A DNA stretch of 63,730 nt, filler included, from Octopus bimaculoides (GCF_001194135.2; 7 parts of 6 records of this genome joined end to end with filler, not necessarily neighbours in it); one strand, 5' to 3'; shown: positions 25,061 to 39,335, counted from the whole stretch's first letter. Translations and numbers: made by a program. Notes: generated by a model not told the origin, from the sequence alone.

Positions 25061-26854
25061 NNNNNNNNNNNNNNNNNNNNNNNNNNNNNNNNNNNNNNNN
25101 NNNNNNNNNNNNNNNNNNNNNNNNNNNNNNNNNNNNNNNNNNNNNNNNNNNNNNNNNNNNNNNNNNNNNNNNNNNNNNNNNNNNNNNNNNNNNNNNNNNN
25201 NNNNNNNNNNNNNNNNNNNNNNNNNNNNNNNNNNNNNNNNNNNNNNNNNNNNNNNNNNNNNNNNNNNNNNNNNNNNNNNNNNNNNNNNNNNNNNNNNNNN
25301 NNNNNNNNNNNNNNNNNNNNNNNNNNNNNNNNNNNNNNNNNNNNNNNNNNNNNNNNNNNNNNNNNNNNNNNNNNNNNNNNNNNNNNTAGCTTCTACCTAT
25401 ATTTGTTAAAAATCATTATTATTTTTCACATACTTTTAAAAATTTACAAGAAGAGAAGCTTAACAATTTATAATGTAAAAAGCAGTATCCACGGCATTTA
25501 TGAAGTTAGTGAATGTAGGGATAGACAATAAATATCCTAAACTTTGTCAGCTGGCTCGAATGCTTGTGACATTGCGACCTTTGCTGAAGGTACCCATGAG
25601 TCAGATGGTGGTTTTAAGTTGACAGATTAAGTCTACCATCTTAGAGTAGGAATTCTTCTGACAGGCTTGCACACAGTTTCCGTCTGCCTAGATTTCACCC
25701 ACAAGTCTTTGGTTCCCCAAGTGTGGTAGAAGACACTTCTCCAAAGTCCAACGAAGTGGGATTGTGTATGAAATTACGTGTTTGCGAAGGGATTTTTTAT
25801 ACATGCAATTGTACCTATGTTGAAGGGTGATATTATGGTTGAATCAGTAAAGTGTCGACTAAAGTGTGAGCCAATATCAAGTTACATCCTGTTACAATCC
25901 GGGAATTTCAAGGTCTACCGGAACGGCTAATCCTCTTTTTATCATTATGTAGCTTACCAAAGAAGGAGCTTTTGTGGTGTCATTGAATCTGCTTGAAAGA
26001 GGAGCCACATTTTCTTCAAATTACATTCAGTCGACTTAACAGTAGAAGGATACAGTGGACATTATGGTCCTGGATTACATCATGGTCATGGTCATAAAGT
26101 TTTTGAACAGAAGCCTATTCGTTCTCGGTTGATTTGTTCGCTTAACAGTAACAACATTAAGTCGTTGCTTCATCCCAGAGTTCGTGACTTTCCACTAAAG
26201 TTTAAAATAATTTTTCGTCATGATGATAATTTTGTTAGCATAACGATGATAGATGTGAGAGGGAAAAGAAGTCTAAGGTGACAATGAAGCAGACGACGAT
26301 CCCAAGGCACTACACTACATAACTTGCAAACGGCTCAGTCCGCCTAGTAGTAAATAGTAAAAATATTCAAACTTCTGTAAACAATGGCAGCATTGTTGAT
26401 TAGATGAGTGATTCGTTAGCTACCAGTACTGAATACAATTTTTGCTGTGGAAAAATCTCCTTGCGATAGCCCATCTTTCTATCCAAATATTGATTTATCC
26501 CACATTTACTTGACATTAAGAATACTGGAGTCGGGAGCAGACATTGTTAAGAAAATTACATTTCAACTGCAGGGTTTTGGATAAAATCGTACTTTAAGAC
26601 ATGTTGAGCAAATAAACGGAAACTATGTAGCCAATCGAATGGACTGTTCATAATATTCATAGATAGACCCGGTTTAATGTCATCACCCGGCTCTTCAGTA
26701 CGTTTAGCGGGGTCTACTCTGTCCCAGGTGTTCGGACAAACTTCCTCTCTTCCTTTCACTAGTCTTGGGAACCCCGAAACATGCCACTCAAAATACTCTT
26801 CCCCTCTGAATACGCTATCTTTTATATTTTATCGTTTACTATTTTTATACATGA

Positions 26855-27462
26855 GACTGCGGCCATGCTGGTACACCACTTTGAAATTTTTTTAGTCGAA
26901 TGAATCGATCCCAGTACTTAGTTTTGTGCTTACCCTATCGGTCTGTTTTGTTGAAGTGTTAATTTACGAGGACGTAAATACACCAACAACGGTTGTGAAG
27001 CGGTTGTGAAAGACAAACACAAACGCACACGCACACACAAAGCCCGTATACGACGGGCTTCTTTCAGTTTCCGTCTACTAAATCCATTCCCAAGGCTTTG
27101 GTCAGCCCGAGGCTATAGGAGGAGACACTTGCTCAAGATGCCACGCAGTGAGAGTGAACTCAAGAACCTTGGGGTTGGGAAGTAACATTCTTATTTCTTT
27201 ATTGCCCACAAGGGGCTAAACATAGAGGGGACAAACAAGGACAGACAAACGGATTAAGTCGATTATAATGACCCCAGTGCGTAACTGGTACTTATTTAAT
27301 CGACCCCGAAAGGATGAAAGGCTAAGTCGACCTCGGCGGAATTTGGACTCAGAACGTAGCAGCAGACGAAATACCGCTAAGCATTCCGTCTGGCGTGCTA
27401 ACTTTTCTGCCAGCTCGCCGCCTTGAGGAAGTAACATTCATGCCACATAGCCACGTCTGCGT
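26855..27462 (-). mobile_element. Family B SINE interrupted by a family A SINE (27191-27426) with 13-bp TSD
   Basis: GGAAGTAACATTC at 27178-27190 and 27427-27439 flanks a complete family A copy. Confidence 0.9.
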
Positions 27463-27739
27463 TATAGATATTTTCTAACGAGAGAAAACAAATAAAGAAA
27501 TAGCAAGGCATATACGGAACATTATGATTCGGAAAATGAAGTTGGTTGAACGTGCGTAATAATATTGTGTGTCAGGTCAATGAAGGAAATCACAGATAAT
27601 GACCTGCAGGATTGTCTGGTCGTTGACAGCCAACATAACATTCACCGGAAGGCTTTTAATTGAGAAGTCGACGAAGAATTTCGCAAACATTTTCAATGTC
27701 ATTGCCACTAGAGCTGAATTATAAGTTAGTTATTGGTTA

Positions 27740-27784
<45 letters not shown>

Positions 27785-28474
27785 CTCTCTATATATATAT
27801 ATACATGTATATATATATCTGTGTGTGCATATGTATGTATATATGTATCTGTATACACACTTATACATATGCATATATACTGTATGTTTATATATATATA
27901 TGCCTGTATACGTATACAGGCATAATTGTAAGCATATACACACATACGCGCACACACGCACACTTATATATACATTTATACATATACAAATGTATGCGTG
28001 TGTGTGTGTGTGCGCGCGTGTGTGTATTAATGTCGCCTTTATCATGTGTATGAATGTATATATTATCACCATCACCACCACCACCACCACCACCACCACC
28101 ACCACCACCAGCGGCAGTATCAGTACTATTTNNNNNNNNNNNNNNNNNNNNNNNNNNNNNNNNNNNNNNNNNNNNNNNNNNNNNNNNNNNNNNNNNNNNN
28201 NNNNNNNNNNNNNNNNNNNNNNNNNNNNNNNNNNNNNNNNNNNNNNNNNNNNNNNNNNNNNNNNNNNNNNNNNNNNNNNNNNNNNNNNNNNNNNNNNNNN
28301 NGTGGTGGATGAAATGCTCTTGATCATTAACCCGCTAAATAAGCCTGCAAAACAAATCCGAGTAAAACAAATGATTGTGGAAATTATATTACTTTTTAAT
28401 GAATATCCTCTAAGTTCGATATTATTAATAAAGTTAACATTAAAAAGCTAATTTAAAATAATTATACAACTTTA

Positions 28475-28820
28475 GGTGCAGGAGTGGCTGTGTGGTAAGT
28501 AGCATGCTTACCAACCGCATGATTCCGGGTTCAGTCCCACTGCGTGGCACCTTGGGCAAGTGTCTTCTACTATAGCCAAGGGCCGACCAAAGCCTTGTGA
28601 GTGGATTTGGTAAACGAAAACTGAAAGAAGCCCGTCGTATATATATGTATAAATATATATGTATGTGTGTTTGTGTGTCTGTGTTTGGGCCCCCAACATC
28701 GCTTGACAACCGATGCTGGTGTGTTACGTCCCCGTAACTTAGCAGTTCGGCAAAAGTGACCGATAGAATAAGTACTAGGCTAACAAAGAATAAGTCCTGG
28801 GGTCGATTTGCTCGACTAAA
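28475..28820 (+). mobile_element. Family B SINE
   Basis: Near-full match to copy 49798-50244. Confidence 0.88.
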
Positions 28821-28829
28821 GTCCTACCA

Positions 28830-29260
28830 TACATATCTACACACAACCCCCTAAACAATGAGGCCTCTGACATCATCCTCCAGAAAATTACTTTATTAAA
28901 AAGGGACCATAGAATGAATCAAATCCTCCAAACGTACGTCATAAAGAGCAAAAGACAGCCGAACTCGATGAAAAGTATTCTAACACAAGCCCAAATACAC
29001 TCGTCACCAACATCGAAACCGACAGTAAAAAAATGCGAAATAGGGTCAACGTTTTATAGTGAAAGACAACTTCACAGTTGCGCCACTAATGAACAACCCA
29101 ACTTTAGATCTTTCCCCGTTCTATGGATTTAGGGACAATGCAACCTATAACCAGCGCATTAGCAAAGAATCATATTTTATCACGAAATATAAACCTCTTT
29201 TCAATGCTTCCACCACACATAACACTACTACAGGGATCTTGGATTAATACCCGCGGAAAT
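28830..29260 (+). mobile_element. Internally deleted Penelope-like relic
   Basis: HNPLNNEA..MNQILQT.VIKSKRQPNSMKSILTQA..VKKC joined to QRISKESYFITKYKPLFNA (GIY-YIG C-terminal helix pattern). Confidence 0.55.
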
Positions 29261-30152
29261 ATCAAAAACGATAGATATATTTAGGACAGTTGCTACCCAG
29301 GAATTTATTTAGAACTGTTCCTACTGCAATTGTTACTACAACCACACAGGGTCACTGTGAGGCCGCTTGACCATTAAAGTAGATTCCACGGACAGCCTCT
29401 ACTTCTAGGTAATACCACTCCCATCTTCTTCTTCTTCTTCTTCTTCTTCTTCTTCTTCTTCTTCTTCTTCTTCTTCTTCTTCATTTTTTTCTTTTTCTTC
29501 TTTTTCCCCTTCATCTCCTTCGCCTTCTCCTCCTTCGGCTGGTGCTGCATAAATCATCAAACTTCAGAACCAAATATATCTTTGCACCCATAAACACAGC
29601 TTTTCAGATCTGCCACTATCTACCTAACGAACATTCTCAAAGGAAAAAAAGAGAGACAGACAGAAANNNNNNNNNNNNNNNNNNNNNNNNNNNNNNNNNN
29701 NNNNNNNNNNTTAATTAATTAANNNNNNNNNNNNNNNNNNNNNNNNNNNNNNNNNNNNNNNNNNNNTATATATATATATATATTTATATATATGAATATT
29801 GTATAGGTATTTATATGTGTATAAACATATATGTGTTGTATATCATTGCACACTGAATTCAGATTGAAACATGCAAATGTATTACTTAATATCTCTATCT
29901 AACTATTAATTATCTGTCAATTAACTATGAATACACTGACGAATACACGTACAAATAAATATAAATTTGCGCGTGTATATGTGTGTAAATATATGTATAA
30001 ATTATCACTCGTTTGTAAATTTTATCCTTGTTTATGAATGCAAATATTCGTGATTATAACTATTTATTCATATAGACATGCACTTACAGACACATTTTTT
30101 CGTATACATGTAAGCTATTGAATTTCATATTTATGCTTATACATTCATGTAC

Positions 30153-30205
<53 letters not shown>

Positions 30206-30331
30206 CATATATTTATATATATATATATATATATATGTACACACACACATAAACACACACACACAAATATGTATACGCAGCCACATATATATATATATAA
30301 ATATGTCTGTGTGCGCGTGCATTTGTGTGTA

Positions 30332-30376
<45 letters not shown>

Positions 30377-30600
30377 ATGTATGTATGTATATATACATGC
30401 ATGCATAATTCTCACATACATACATACATACATACATACGTACATACATACATACATACATACATACATGCATACGTACATACATACATACATACATACA
30501 TACATACGCACAAACATACATATATACATACATACGTATGATGATGATGACGATGATGATGACGATGACGATAATGATGACGATGACGATAATGATGACC

Positions 30601-30637
<37 letters not shown>

Positions 30638-31070
30638 CGACGATGATGACGATGATGATGATGATGATGATGATTTTTGCTTATCAACACAATGTTTGCC
30701 CGAGTTTTAAAAAAATGACTGTACAGTCGTTAATAGTTAATGGAAATTATTTTAGAAAAAATATTGAACCGGTCTCCGGAATAGTTTCGTGTCACACACG
30801 CTTTGCCTCGTCAGCATTGATACGCAACGTGAATGAGCGCGAACACACAGACACAATTTCATAACTACTTTTCCGGTTTACGCGTGTGCATCAATGTATT
30901 TGTTCCGTTGTTCGTGAATTTAGCTTCATGTGTGTGTGCGTAAGTGCGTGTGTCTTTGTCTGTGTATTTATTTTTGTGTGTCTGTGTGTTTGTTTTTGTG
31001 TGTGCATATATATATATGTATAAATATATATATATATATGCACACAAACACACTCACATATATATTAATG

Positions 31071-31108
<38 letters not shown>

Positions 31109-31224
31109 GTATATATTTATTTATTTATATATCCTATATATATATATACATCACATATATATTAATGTTTTATATATATATGTATGTATATATTTATTTA
31201 TATATCTCTTTATACATACATGTT

Positions 31225-31261
<37 letters not shown>

Positions 31262-31770
31262 GTATGTATATGTATACACATCCAAAGGGATAGAGGGAGA
31301 GAGAGACAGCAGACAGGGAGCATGAGGTAGGGACAAAGAGAGAAAGAATGATACAAGCATAGAGGGAGAGCGGAAGTGAGACAGAATATCGGAGAGAGTG
31401 AAATATGTTGGGACATCAACTCGCATACATGTAGGAATACAACAATTCATATATACTTGCTATCATACAAACATGTATATGCCTATGCTTAAATATTGGC
31501 AGATGTAGATAATGAGATACAGTTTATATGACTTTTCATTCTCATGTAGAGTTTCATTCATACAATCTTGAAAAATCTTTGCTGTTTTATATCAAATATT
31601 TTGCGTTATGTATATTCGCTTAATATTCTATGTATAATAGGCGGAATATTTCTATGTAATTAAATATTACTCTATCATTCAGTTTTTACTTCTCACATTA
31701 AAAAAAAAACTAACATATATACACATACGTTTCATATATATATATATATATGTTTATATATATGGGTGTA

Positions 31771-31811
<41 letters not shown>

Positions 31812-32999
31812 NNNNNNNNNNNNNNNNNNNNNNNNNNNNNNNNNNNNNNNNNNNNNNNNNNNNNNNNNNNNNNNNNNNNNNNNNNNNNNNNNNNNNNNNN
31901 NNNNNNNNNNNNNNNNNNNNNNNNNNNNNNNNNNNNNNNNNNNNNNNNNNNNNNNNNNNNNNNNNNNNNNNNNNNNNNNNNNNNNNNNNNNNNNNNNNNN
32001 NNNNNNNNNNNNNNNNNNNNNNNNNNNNNNNNNNNNNNNNNNNNNNNNNNNNNNNNNNNNNNNNNNNNNNNNNNNNNNNNNNNNNNNNNNNNNNNNNNNN
32101 NNNNNNNNNNNNNNNNNNNNNNNNNNNNNNNNNNNNNNNNNNNNNNNNNNNNNNNNNNNNNNNNNNNNNNNNNNNNNNNNNNNNNNNNNNNNNNNNNNNN
32201 NNNNNNNNNNNNNNNNNNNNNNNNNNNNNNNNNNNNNNNNNNNNNNNNNNNNNNNNNNNNNNNNNNNNNNNNNNNNNNNNNNNNNNNNNNNNNNNNNNNN
32301 NNNNNNNNNNNNNNNNNNNNNNNNNNNNNNNNNNNNNNNNNNNNNNNNNNNNNNNNNNNNNNNNNNNNNNNNNNNNNNNNNNNNNNNNNNNNNNNNNNNN
32401 NNNNNNNNNNNNNNNNNNNNNNNNNNNNNNNNNNNNNNNNNNNNNNNNNNNNNNNNNNNNNNNNNNNNNNNNNNNNNNNNNNNNNNNNNNNNNNNNNNNN
32501 NNNNNNNNNNNNNNNNNNNNNNNNNNNNNNNNNNNNNNNNNNNNNNNNNNNNNNNNNNNNNNNNNNNNNNNNNNNNNNNATATATATATATATATAAATG
32601 ATGGCATGTGGCCGAGTGGAGAGGGGCATGCTGGATCGTGGATTCCATTTCCGGAACGGGTGGTGCGTTGCTTCCGTGAAATGAAACGTTGGCTTCGTCG
32701 GCAAAGATGCTTTCTGGAGTATATTCAGACTCTTTATGGTCTGAGTTCAAATCCAACCAGGGGTAACCACTCAAATCAAAGCAAGGTAACCGAAGTGCCA
32801 GTAATCTTCTTAATGACGAAAGTGGTTAGCGGAACGGACACGCTCAGATCCTATAAAGTGTGGTGGAGAAGGTTTATGCATAGGACCTGACTGAGATCAG
32901 ACCTCTACCAGACTATACGTGTGTGTATGTGTGCGTGCGTGTGTGTTTGTGCGTGTACGCGTGTGTGTCTTCGTGTGTATATAAATGTGTATACCTAAC

Positions 33000-33545
33000 G
33001 GTTTTTAAGACAAGATACCAAGAAGATACGTTGACTCTGTGGAGGACACTTGTTCTCAACCATCTGGACTACTGCTCTCAACGATTGTCACCATATCCTG
33101 CCAAACTTACAGCGGAGCTTCAAATAGTCCAACGCCACTATACTAAAATGATTGAAACAGTGCAGCGGATGAGCTACAGGGAGAGGCTGAAAAACTACCA
33201 TTTTACTGCCTGTAGAGAAGGTGCGACAGGTATGTAATCTACCCAGGGAAAATTCTAGAAGGGCTGGTACCCAATTTTGGCATTAAATCTTATACAAATG
33301 CCAGAAGCGAACGCCATTGTATTGTACCAAAGGTACTCTCTATTCCATCAAAATTCAGGAACAATAGTTTAAGGTTGAAACGCCCATAGCTCTTCAATGC
33401 CAAAACACAAAAATTAAGGAATCTACATGATGTGGACATAGATGGTTTCAAAGAGGACCTAGGCATCCTCCTCTCCACAGTACCGGCTGAACCAATGGCC
33501 CGACATTAGATACAGACTATGGCTACGGAATCAAAGTCCCTTATA
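33000..33545 (+). mobile_element. CR1-type LINE 3' fragment
   Basis: LWRTLVLNHLDYCSQ..SP..LQIVQRHYTKMIETVQRMSYRERLK..KILEGLVPNFG..PDLFN..FKEDLGILLSTVP. Confidence 0.8.
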
Positions 33546-33779
33546 CACCAAATGGGCCAATAGCTGGGACAAAGGCACGTACATGAGTGGTGATTTCAAA
33601 TACCTCGAACTGAGAAAATTAGCAAGACCACGGTGGTGCTCCAGAATGGCCGCAGCCGCTTGGCTGAAGCAAGTAAAAGAATAAAGGAAAAAACATATAT
33701 ATATATATATATATATATATAGATAGATAGAGAGATAGATAGATATACATGTATATATATTTATATATATGTATATATG

Positions 33780-33810
<31 letters not shown>

Positions 33811-34558
33811 TTATGTATATATATTTGTATTTATATATATGTATATATATATATATANNNNNNNNNNNNNNNNNNNNNNNNNNNNNNNNNNNNNNNNNNN
33901 NNNNNNNNNNNNNNNNNNNNNNNNNNNNNNNNNNNNNNNNNNNNNNNNNNNNNNNNNNNNNNNNNNNNNNNNNNNNNNNNNNNNNNNNNNNNNNNNNNNN
34001 NNNNNNNNNNNNNNNNNNNNNNNNNNNNNNNNNNNNNNNNNNNNNNNNNNNNNNNNNNNNNNNNNNNNNNNNNNNNNNNNNNNNNNNNNNNNNNNNNNNN
34101 NNNNNNNNNNNNNNNNNNNNNNNNNNNNNNNNNNNNNNNNNNNNNNNNNNNNNNNNNNNNNNNNNNNNNNNNNNNNNNNNNNNNNNNNNNNNNNNNNNNN
34201 NNNNNNNNNNNNNNNNNNNNNNNNNNNNNNNNNNNNNNNNNNNNNNNNNNNNNNNNNNNNNNNNNNNNNNNNNNNNNNNNNNNNNNNNNNNNNNNNGTAT
34301 ATATATTTATATATATGTATATATGTATATATATATAAATATATATATATACATGTATGTACACACACACACATGTATACGTGAGTATTTGTGCGTCTCT
34401 GTGTGTGTGTTCCTTAAAAGATTGTCTGCAACCACATAGGTTGTGGCCCATAGTTCGGTACATCGGGCATGTGGCTTCTTTAAAGACTTGGGCCGACAGG
34501 GGTAACGTGATTGGGCTTTGAAGGACAGTAACTGAAAGATATCTGTCATATATATATG

Positions 34559-34595
<37 letters not shown>

Positions 34596-34695
34596 NNNNN
34601 NNNNNNNNNNNNNNNNNNNNNNNNNNNNNNNNNNNNNNNTTAATTAATTAANNNNNNNNNNNNNNNNNNNNNNNNNNNNNNNNNNNNNNNNNNNN

Positions 34696-37600
34696 GTGTC
34701 CCATTCTGATGAAAATGTAGGACAGTTTTATGACGATCTAGCACACTTATTGAGGAAAGTACCAATTTCTGACATGCTGGTCATATTGGCAGATTTCAAT
34801 GCAAGTATTGGAAAGGACTGTGTTTNNNNNNNNNNNNNNNNNNNNNNNNNNNNNNNNNNNNNNNNNNNNNNNNNNNNNNNNNNNNNNNNNNNNNNNNNNN
34901 NNNNNNNNNNNNNNNNNNNNNNNNNNNNNNNNNNNNNNNNNNNNNNNNNNNNNNNNNNNNNNNNNNNNNNNNNNNNNNNNNNNNNNNNNNNNNNNNNNNN
35001 NNNNNNNNNNNNNNNNNNNNNNNNNNNNNNNNNNNNNNNNNNNNNNNNNNNNNNNNNNNNNNNNNNNNNNNNNNNNNACCTTCATCATATTCGTGGAAAA
35101 ATAGATTTTTCGATAATGCCTAAACCACTGCAGTCTGGTCCTAAAGTACCCAAAAAGTGAAATGCTGCAAGCTTTAAATTTTCAAGCAAATTGCAAAGAT
35201 TTCACTATGCTATAGAAAGTAACAATCTTGACCCAAACAATCTATGGGAAGATTTCAAAACAAAAGTATTTCTGGCTGCAGGTTCGTCAGTAGTAATTAA
35301 ATCACACAAGTCACGTGACTTGTTCTCAGATAGATCAGCAGAAATTCATAATCTGCATTTATAAAAACAAAACTTAGGAAATACACTTCTTTCTCAGTCC
35401 TTGTACCCCAACTCAAACGAAGCTTACAGAAAGCTGAAAAGTAAAGTGCAGACTGCTCTAANNNNNNNNNNNNNNNNNNNNNNNNNNNNNNNNNNNNNNN
35501 NNNNNNNNNNNNNNNNNNNNNNNNNNNNNNNNNNNNNNNNNNNNNNNNNNNNNNNNNNNNNNNNNNNNNNNNNNNNNNNNNNNNNNNNATATGGCCCAAA
35601 ATCTTCTTCAATAGCTCCAGTGAGAACAGCAAATGGACTTTTGCTTCTGACTGACACCGATTCTATTTATAAGCGCTGGGTAGAACATTCTTCTGCACTT
35701 TTGAATAGACCTTCATTCACTGATATGAGGACGATAGGAAACGTAGAACACCTTCCAGTTATAGAAGAGATGGCATTTGAACCAACTCTAAATGANNNNN
35801 NNNNNATAGAAGAGATGGCATTTGAACCAACTCTAAATGACATTTATTTAGTTGTAAATAAGATGAATAACAATACGACCCCAGGGTCTGATGGAATCTA
35901 TGCAGAGGTCTTCAAATATGGGGAGGACAAGATGGTTGAACTACTAAGTATATAAATTTGTCGCTATTGGAGAGCTGGGAAACTACCTCAAGACTGGATC
36001 GATGTCATTTTAGTCACCTTGAATAAATCAGGACGAGGGGACCTGTGTGGTCATTTTCGTGAGATTTCACTTTTGTCTGTGGTTGGATAGGTAACTGACC
36101 GAAGTTTGTTAGAACGTTTACATAACTTTATGCTTCATAATATTGTGTCTGAGCCTCAGTGTGGTTTTCGTTCCTCCAGGGGCACAGCTGNNNNNNNNNN
36201 NNNNNNNNNNNNNNNNNNNNNNNNNNNNNNNNNNNNNNNNNNNNNNNNNNNNNNNNNNNNNNNNNNNNNNNNNNNNNNNNNNNNNNTCGAAATGCTCTGT
36301 GGCTAATTCTAAGGAAAATAGGTTGCCCAGAAAAAAATTGTAAATATGATCAGGACTTTGCATCAAGCTACGAAAGCTAGAGTTAACTTTGGTGGAAGGC
36401 TCTCTGAATCATTTGCCGTGAGAAATGGAGTAAAGCAAGGAGACCTTAATGCACCTACGCGTTTTGCAAAATACTTTACTGTTGTGTTGTCACATGCTTC
36501 TCAAATCTCTGAGGAGGGGANNNNNNNNNNACATGAAATATCCTACAACAGGCTATGTTTTAAATTTGACTTGATTGAAATTCAAAACGAAGGTTTTTAT
36601 TTCACTCAGGGAACTTTAGTACGCTGACAATTGCGATCTTGTCAGTCATTCTGAAACAGGTCTTCAGTCTCTTGTATCTGCATGTGACGCAGCTTGTGAT
36701 AATTTGGGCTTGGACATCAACATGAAAATAAAGCAGTTATAACGCATCAAACTGCGTGTGGTGCTGTTTGTAACACCCATGAAATTTTTGTTGAGGTTAA
36801 CTTAGTTGAGTTTGTCGATAGGTTCATCTACCTTGGAAGCTCGACAAAATGTTGGAAACCTTGATACAGAAATACAGCTGCGAATTCAAAGGGCNNNNNN
36901 NNNNNNNNNNNNNNNNNNNNNNNNNNNNNNNNNNNNNNNNNNNNNNNNNNNNNNNNNNNNNNNNNNNNNNNNNNNNNNNNNNNNGTCTTACCATCCTTGT
37001 TGTATTCCTGTGAAACTTGAACTTGTTACGAAAAGCATTTTAAATTGTTAGAACAATTCCACAAAAAAATGCCTTCATCGCATTTCTAAAATTAAATGTT
37101 TTTTTACTCCAAACATAGATGTCCTTGCATCTGCAGGCATCACCTCAATTAAAGCTATGAGTTTCAGGAACCAAATGAGATNNNNNNNNNNGCAGGCATC
37201 ACCTCAATTAAAGCTATGAGTTTCAGGAACCAAATGAGATGGTGAGGCCATATTGTTCGAATGGCAGAAGAACGCATTCCGAAACAGATTTTTATGATGA
37301 GCATGCAGAGAAGAAACGCTATCGGCGTAAACCTAAAAAAAAAATTTTAAGGATGTCATACGAAACTACTATGAAATCATTTAGAATGGATCCAGAAGAA
37401 CTAGAGACCCTTGCTTTGAATCGAGTTGGATGGTGAACAAAACTGTAGAGTGGAGTGAANNNNNNNNNNNATTTACAGAGGCCGGGATAACGCATGTAAG
37501 ACTCAAATGAGATCTAAAGAAGAATGTAACGATCGAGAAGGTGAACGACAATGACTGTTTGTGTACACAGTCTGACAGACCATGCCTATATTTTGCTGGC

Positions 37601-37716
37601 CTNNNNNNNNNNCAAATATCATCTGCAAATCCATGGAAAACAAACCTCCACAGACTATTCTATAATATGCCTGTGCACACCTTTGAATACTATGTATGCC
37701 AGAAGGTTTGCAAATC
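34696..37716 (+). mobile_element. RTE/BovB-like LINE, degenerate, APE endonuclease + RT, filling a whole assembly segment
   Basis: QFYDDL..LVILADFNASIGKD; PGSDGIYAEVFKYG; EPQCGFRSSRG; VRNGVKQGD; LV.ADNC; FIYLGS; RWxGHIVRM; many stops and gaps. Confidence 0.9.
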
Positions 37717-37987
37717 NNNNNNNNNNNNNNNNNNNNNNNNNNNNNNNNNNNNNNNNNNNNTTAATTAATTAANNNNNNNNNNNNNNNNNNNNNNNNNNNN
37801 NNNNNNNNNNNNNNNNACATTTATTACTCAGAGATTTTCTATAGCAAAAGAAATCCCAGCAGAGGCAATACAACAGACATTATGATGATGATGATGATGG
37901 TGGTGGTGGTAGTTGTGCTGGAGCTAGAGGTGGTGGTGGAAGTGGTGGTGTGATGGTGATGGTGATGATAATGACAATGATACATAC

Positions 37988-38041
37988 CTGGGTGTCATCT
38001 GTTTGGTATTTGGCAGCATCAACAGCTGTTATCTCCTGCAT
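37988..38041 (-). CDS. LZTR1: Probable LZTR1 exon 13, 54-nt symmetric exon (MQEITAVDAAKYQTDDTQ) in the variable BTB1 loop
   Basis: tctttttccag acceptor, CAG|GTATGT donor, phase 0-0, open in frame after exon 12; no sequence similarity to the human loop, so supported only by splice signals and position. Confidence 0.6.
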
Positions 38042-39245
38042 CTGGAAAAAGACACAAAATCGGCCACAAACTTTAAAACGGGCTTAAAAGGGGGGTCAAA
38101 GTTAAAAAGGAAGCAAGTGGACATTTGAAATATATCTTAAACCCAATCAAATTGATTTTTAGCAAGTGGTATCTTTACCCTTCTTTTCTTCAAATAATTT
38201 ATATTATTCCTGTATAGGTAGAAGTTTTGCTAGCCACCTCATTATTACTGTTTTTAACAGTAATAGTACTTCACATATTTACTTTTATATATATATATAT
38301 TTATATTTATATAAGGGCATTACTATAGAATAACGCCTCACGCCATGAGGGACTCTAAGGTCAGACTACCATAAAAAGCACATTTTTACCGAATGCGAGG
38401 AAATGCAACTCTCAAAGCCAACCCCTTAAAAACAGACTGAATTATAGATCATGATTTCGTAGTTATTGTAGTATTATACAACTTCTACTCGTCAGTATAA
38501 TATGGTCAAGAAAAATAGAAATAAACAGTGAATCAACATACCAAACGAACACCGAAATGATGGATTTTTTCCCTTATGAGGTTTTTTTCACGCTAGCTAC
38601 TTGATAAATTGTCTTCTGGGCGATTGAGCAANNNNNNNNNNNNNNNNNNNNNNNNNNNNNNNNNNNNNNNNNNNNNNNNNNNNNNNNNNNNNNNNNNNNN
38701 NNNNNNNNNNNNNNNNNNNNNNNNNNNNNNNNNNNNNNNNNNNNNNNNNNNNNNNNNNNNNNNNNNNNNNNNNNNNNNNNNNNNNNNNNNNNNNNNNNNN
38801 NNNNNNNNNNNNNNNNNNNNNNNNNNNNNNNNNNNNNNNNNNNNNNNNNNNNNNNNNNNNNNNNNNNNNNNNNNNNNNNNNNNNNNNNNNNNNNNNNNNN
38901 NNNNNNNNNNNNNNNNNNNNNNNNNNNNNNNNNNNNNNNNNNNNNNNNNNNNNNNNNNNNNNNNNNNNNNNNNNNNNNNNNNNNNNNNNNNNNNNNNNNN
39001 NNNNNNNNNNNNNNNNNNNNNNNNNNNNNNNNNNNNNNNNNNNNNNNNNNNNNNNNNNNNNNNNNNNNNNNNNNNNNNNNNNNNNNNNNNNNNNNNNNNN
39101 NNNNNNNNNNNNNNNNNNNNNNNNNNNNNNNNNNNNNNNNNNNNNNNNNNTATATATATATATATATATATATATATCCTACATTGTTAAGTGTCTCATA
39201 AAAAAAAATCAAACCCCTGAAGTGACCAAAGTGTAGTGGACTTAC

Positions 39246-39335
39246 CAATTGGGTCCGGGCCCTTTTAATCTTTATTTTCAACAGGGGAGAACGGGCGGCC
39301 ACCAAAGCTATATGAGCTGGAATCTCTACCTTTTC
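39246..39335 (-). CDS. LZTR1: LZTR1 exon 12 (EKVEIPAHIALVAARSPLLKIKIKRARTQL), BTB1
   Basis: tttttcag acceptor, GTAAGT donor, 90 nt; aligns to human [26 protein letters not shown]. Confidence 0.92.

Noticed and set aside
35761-35840. Tandem duplications around 10-N gaps in the RTE element (also 37134-37240)
   Set aside because: Identical sequence on both sides of a 10-N gap indicates unmerged contig overlaps
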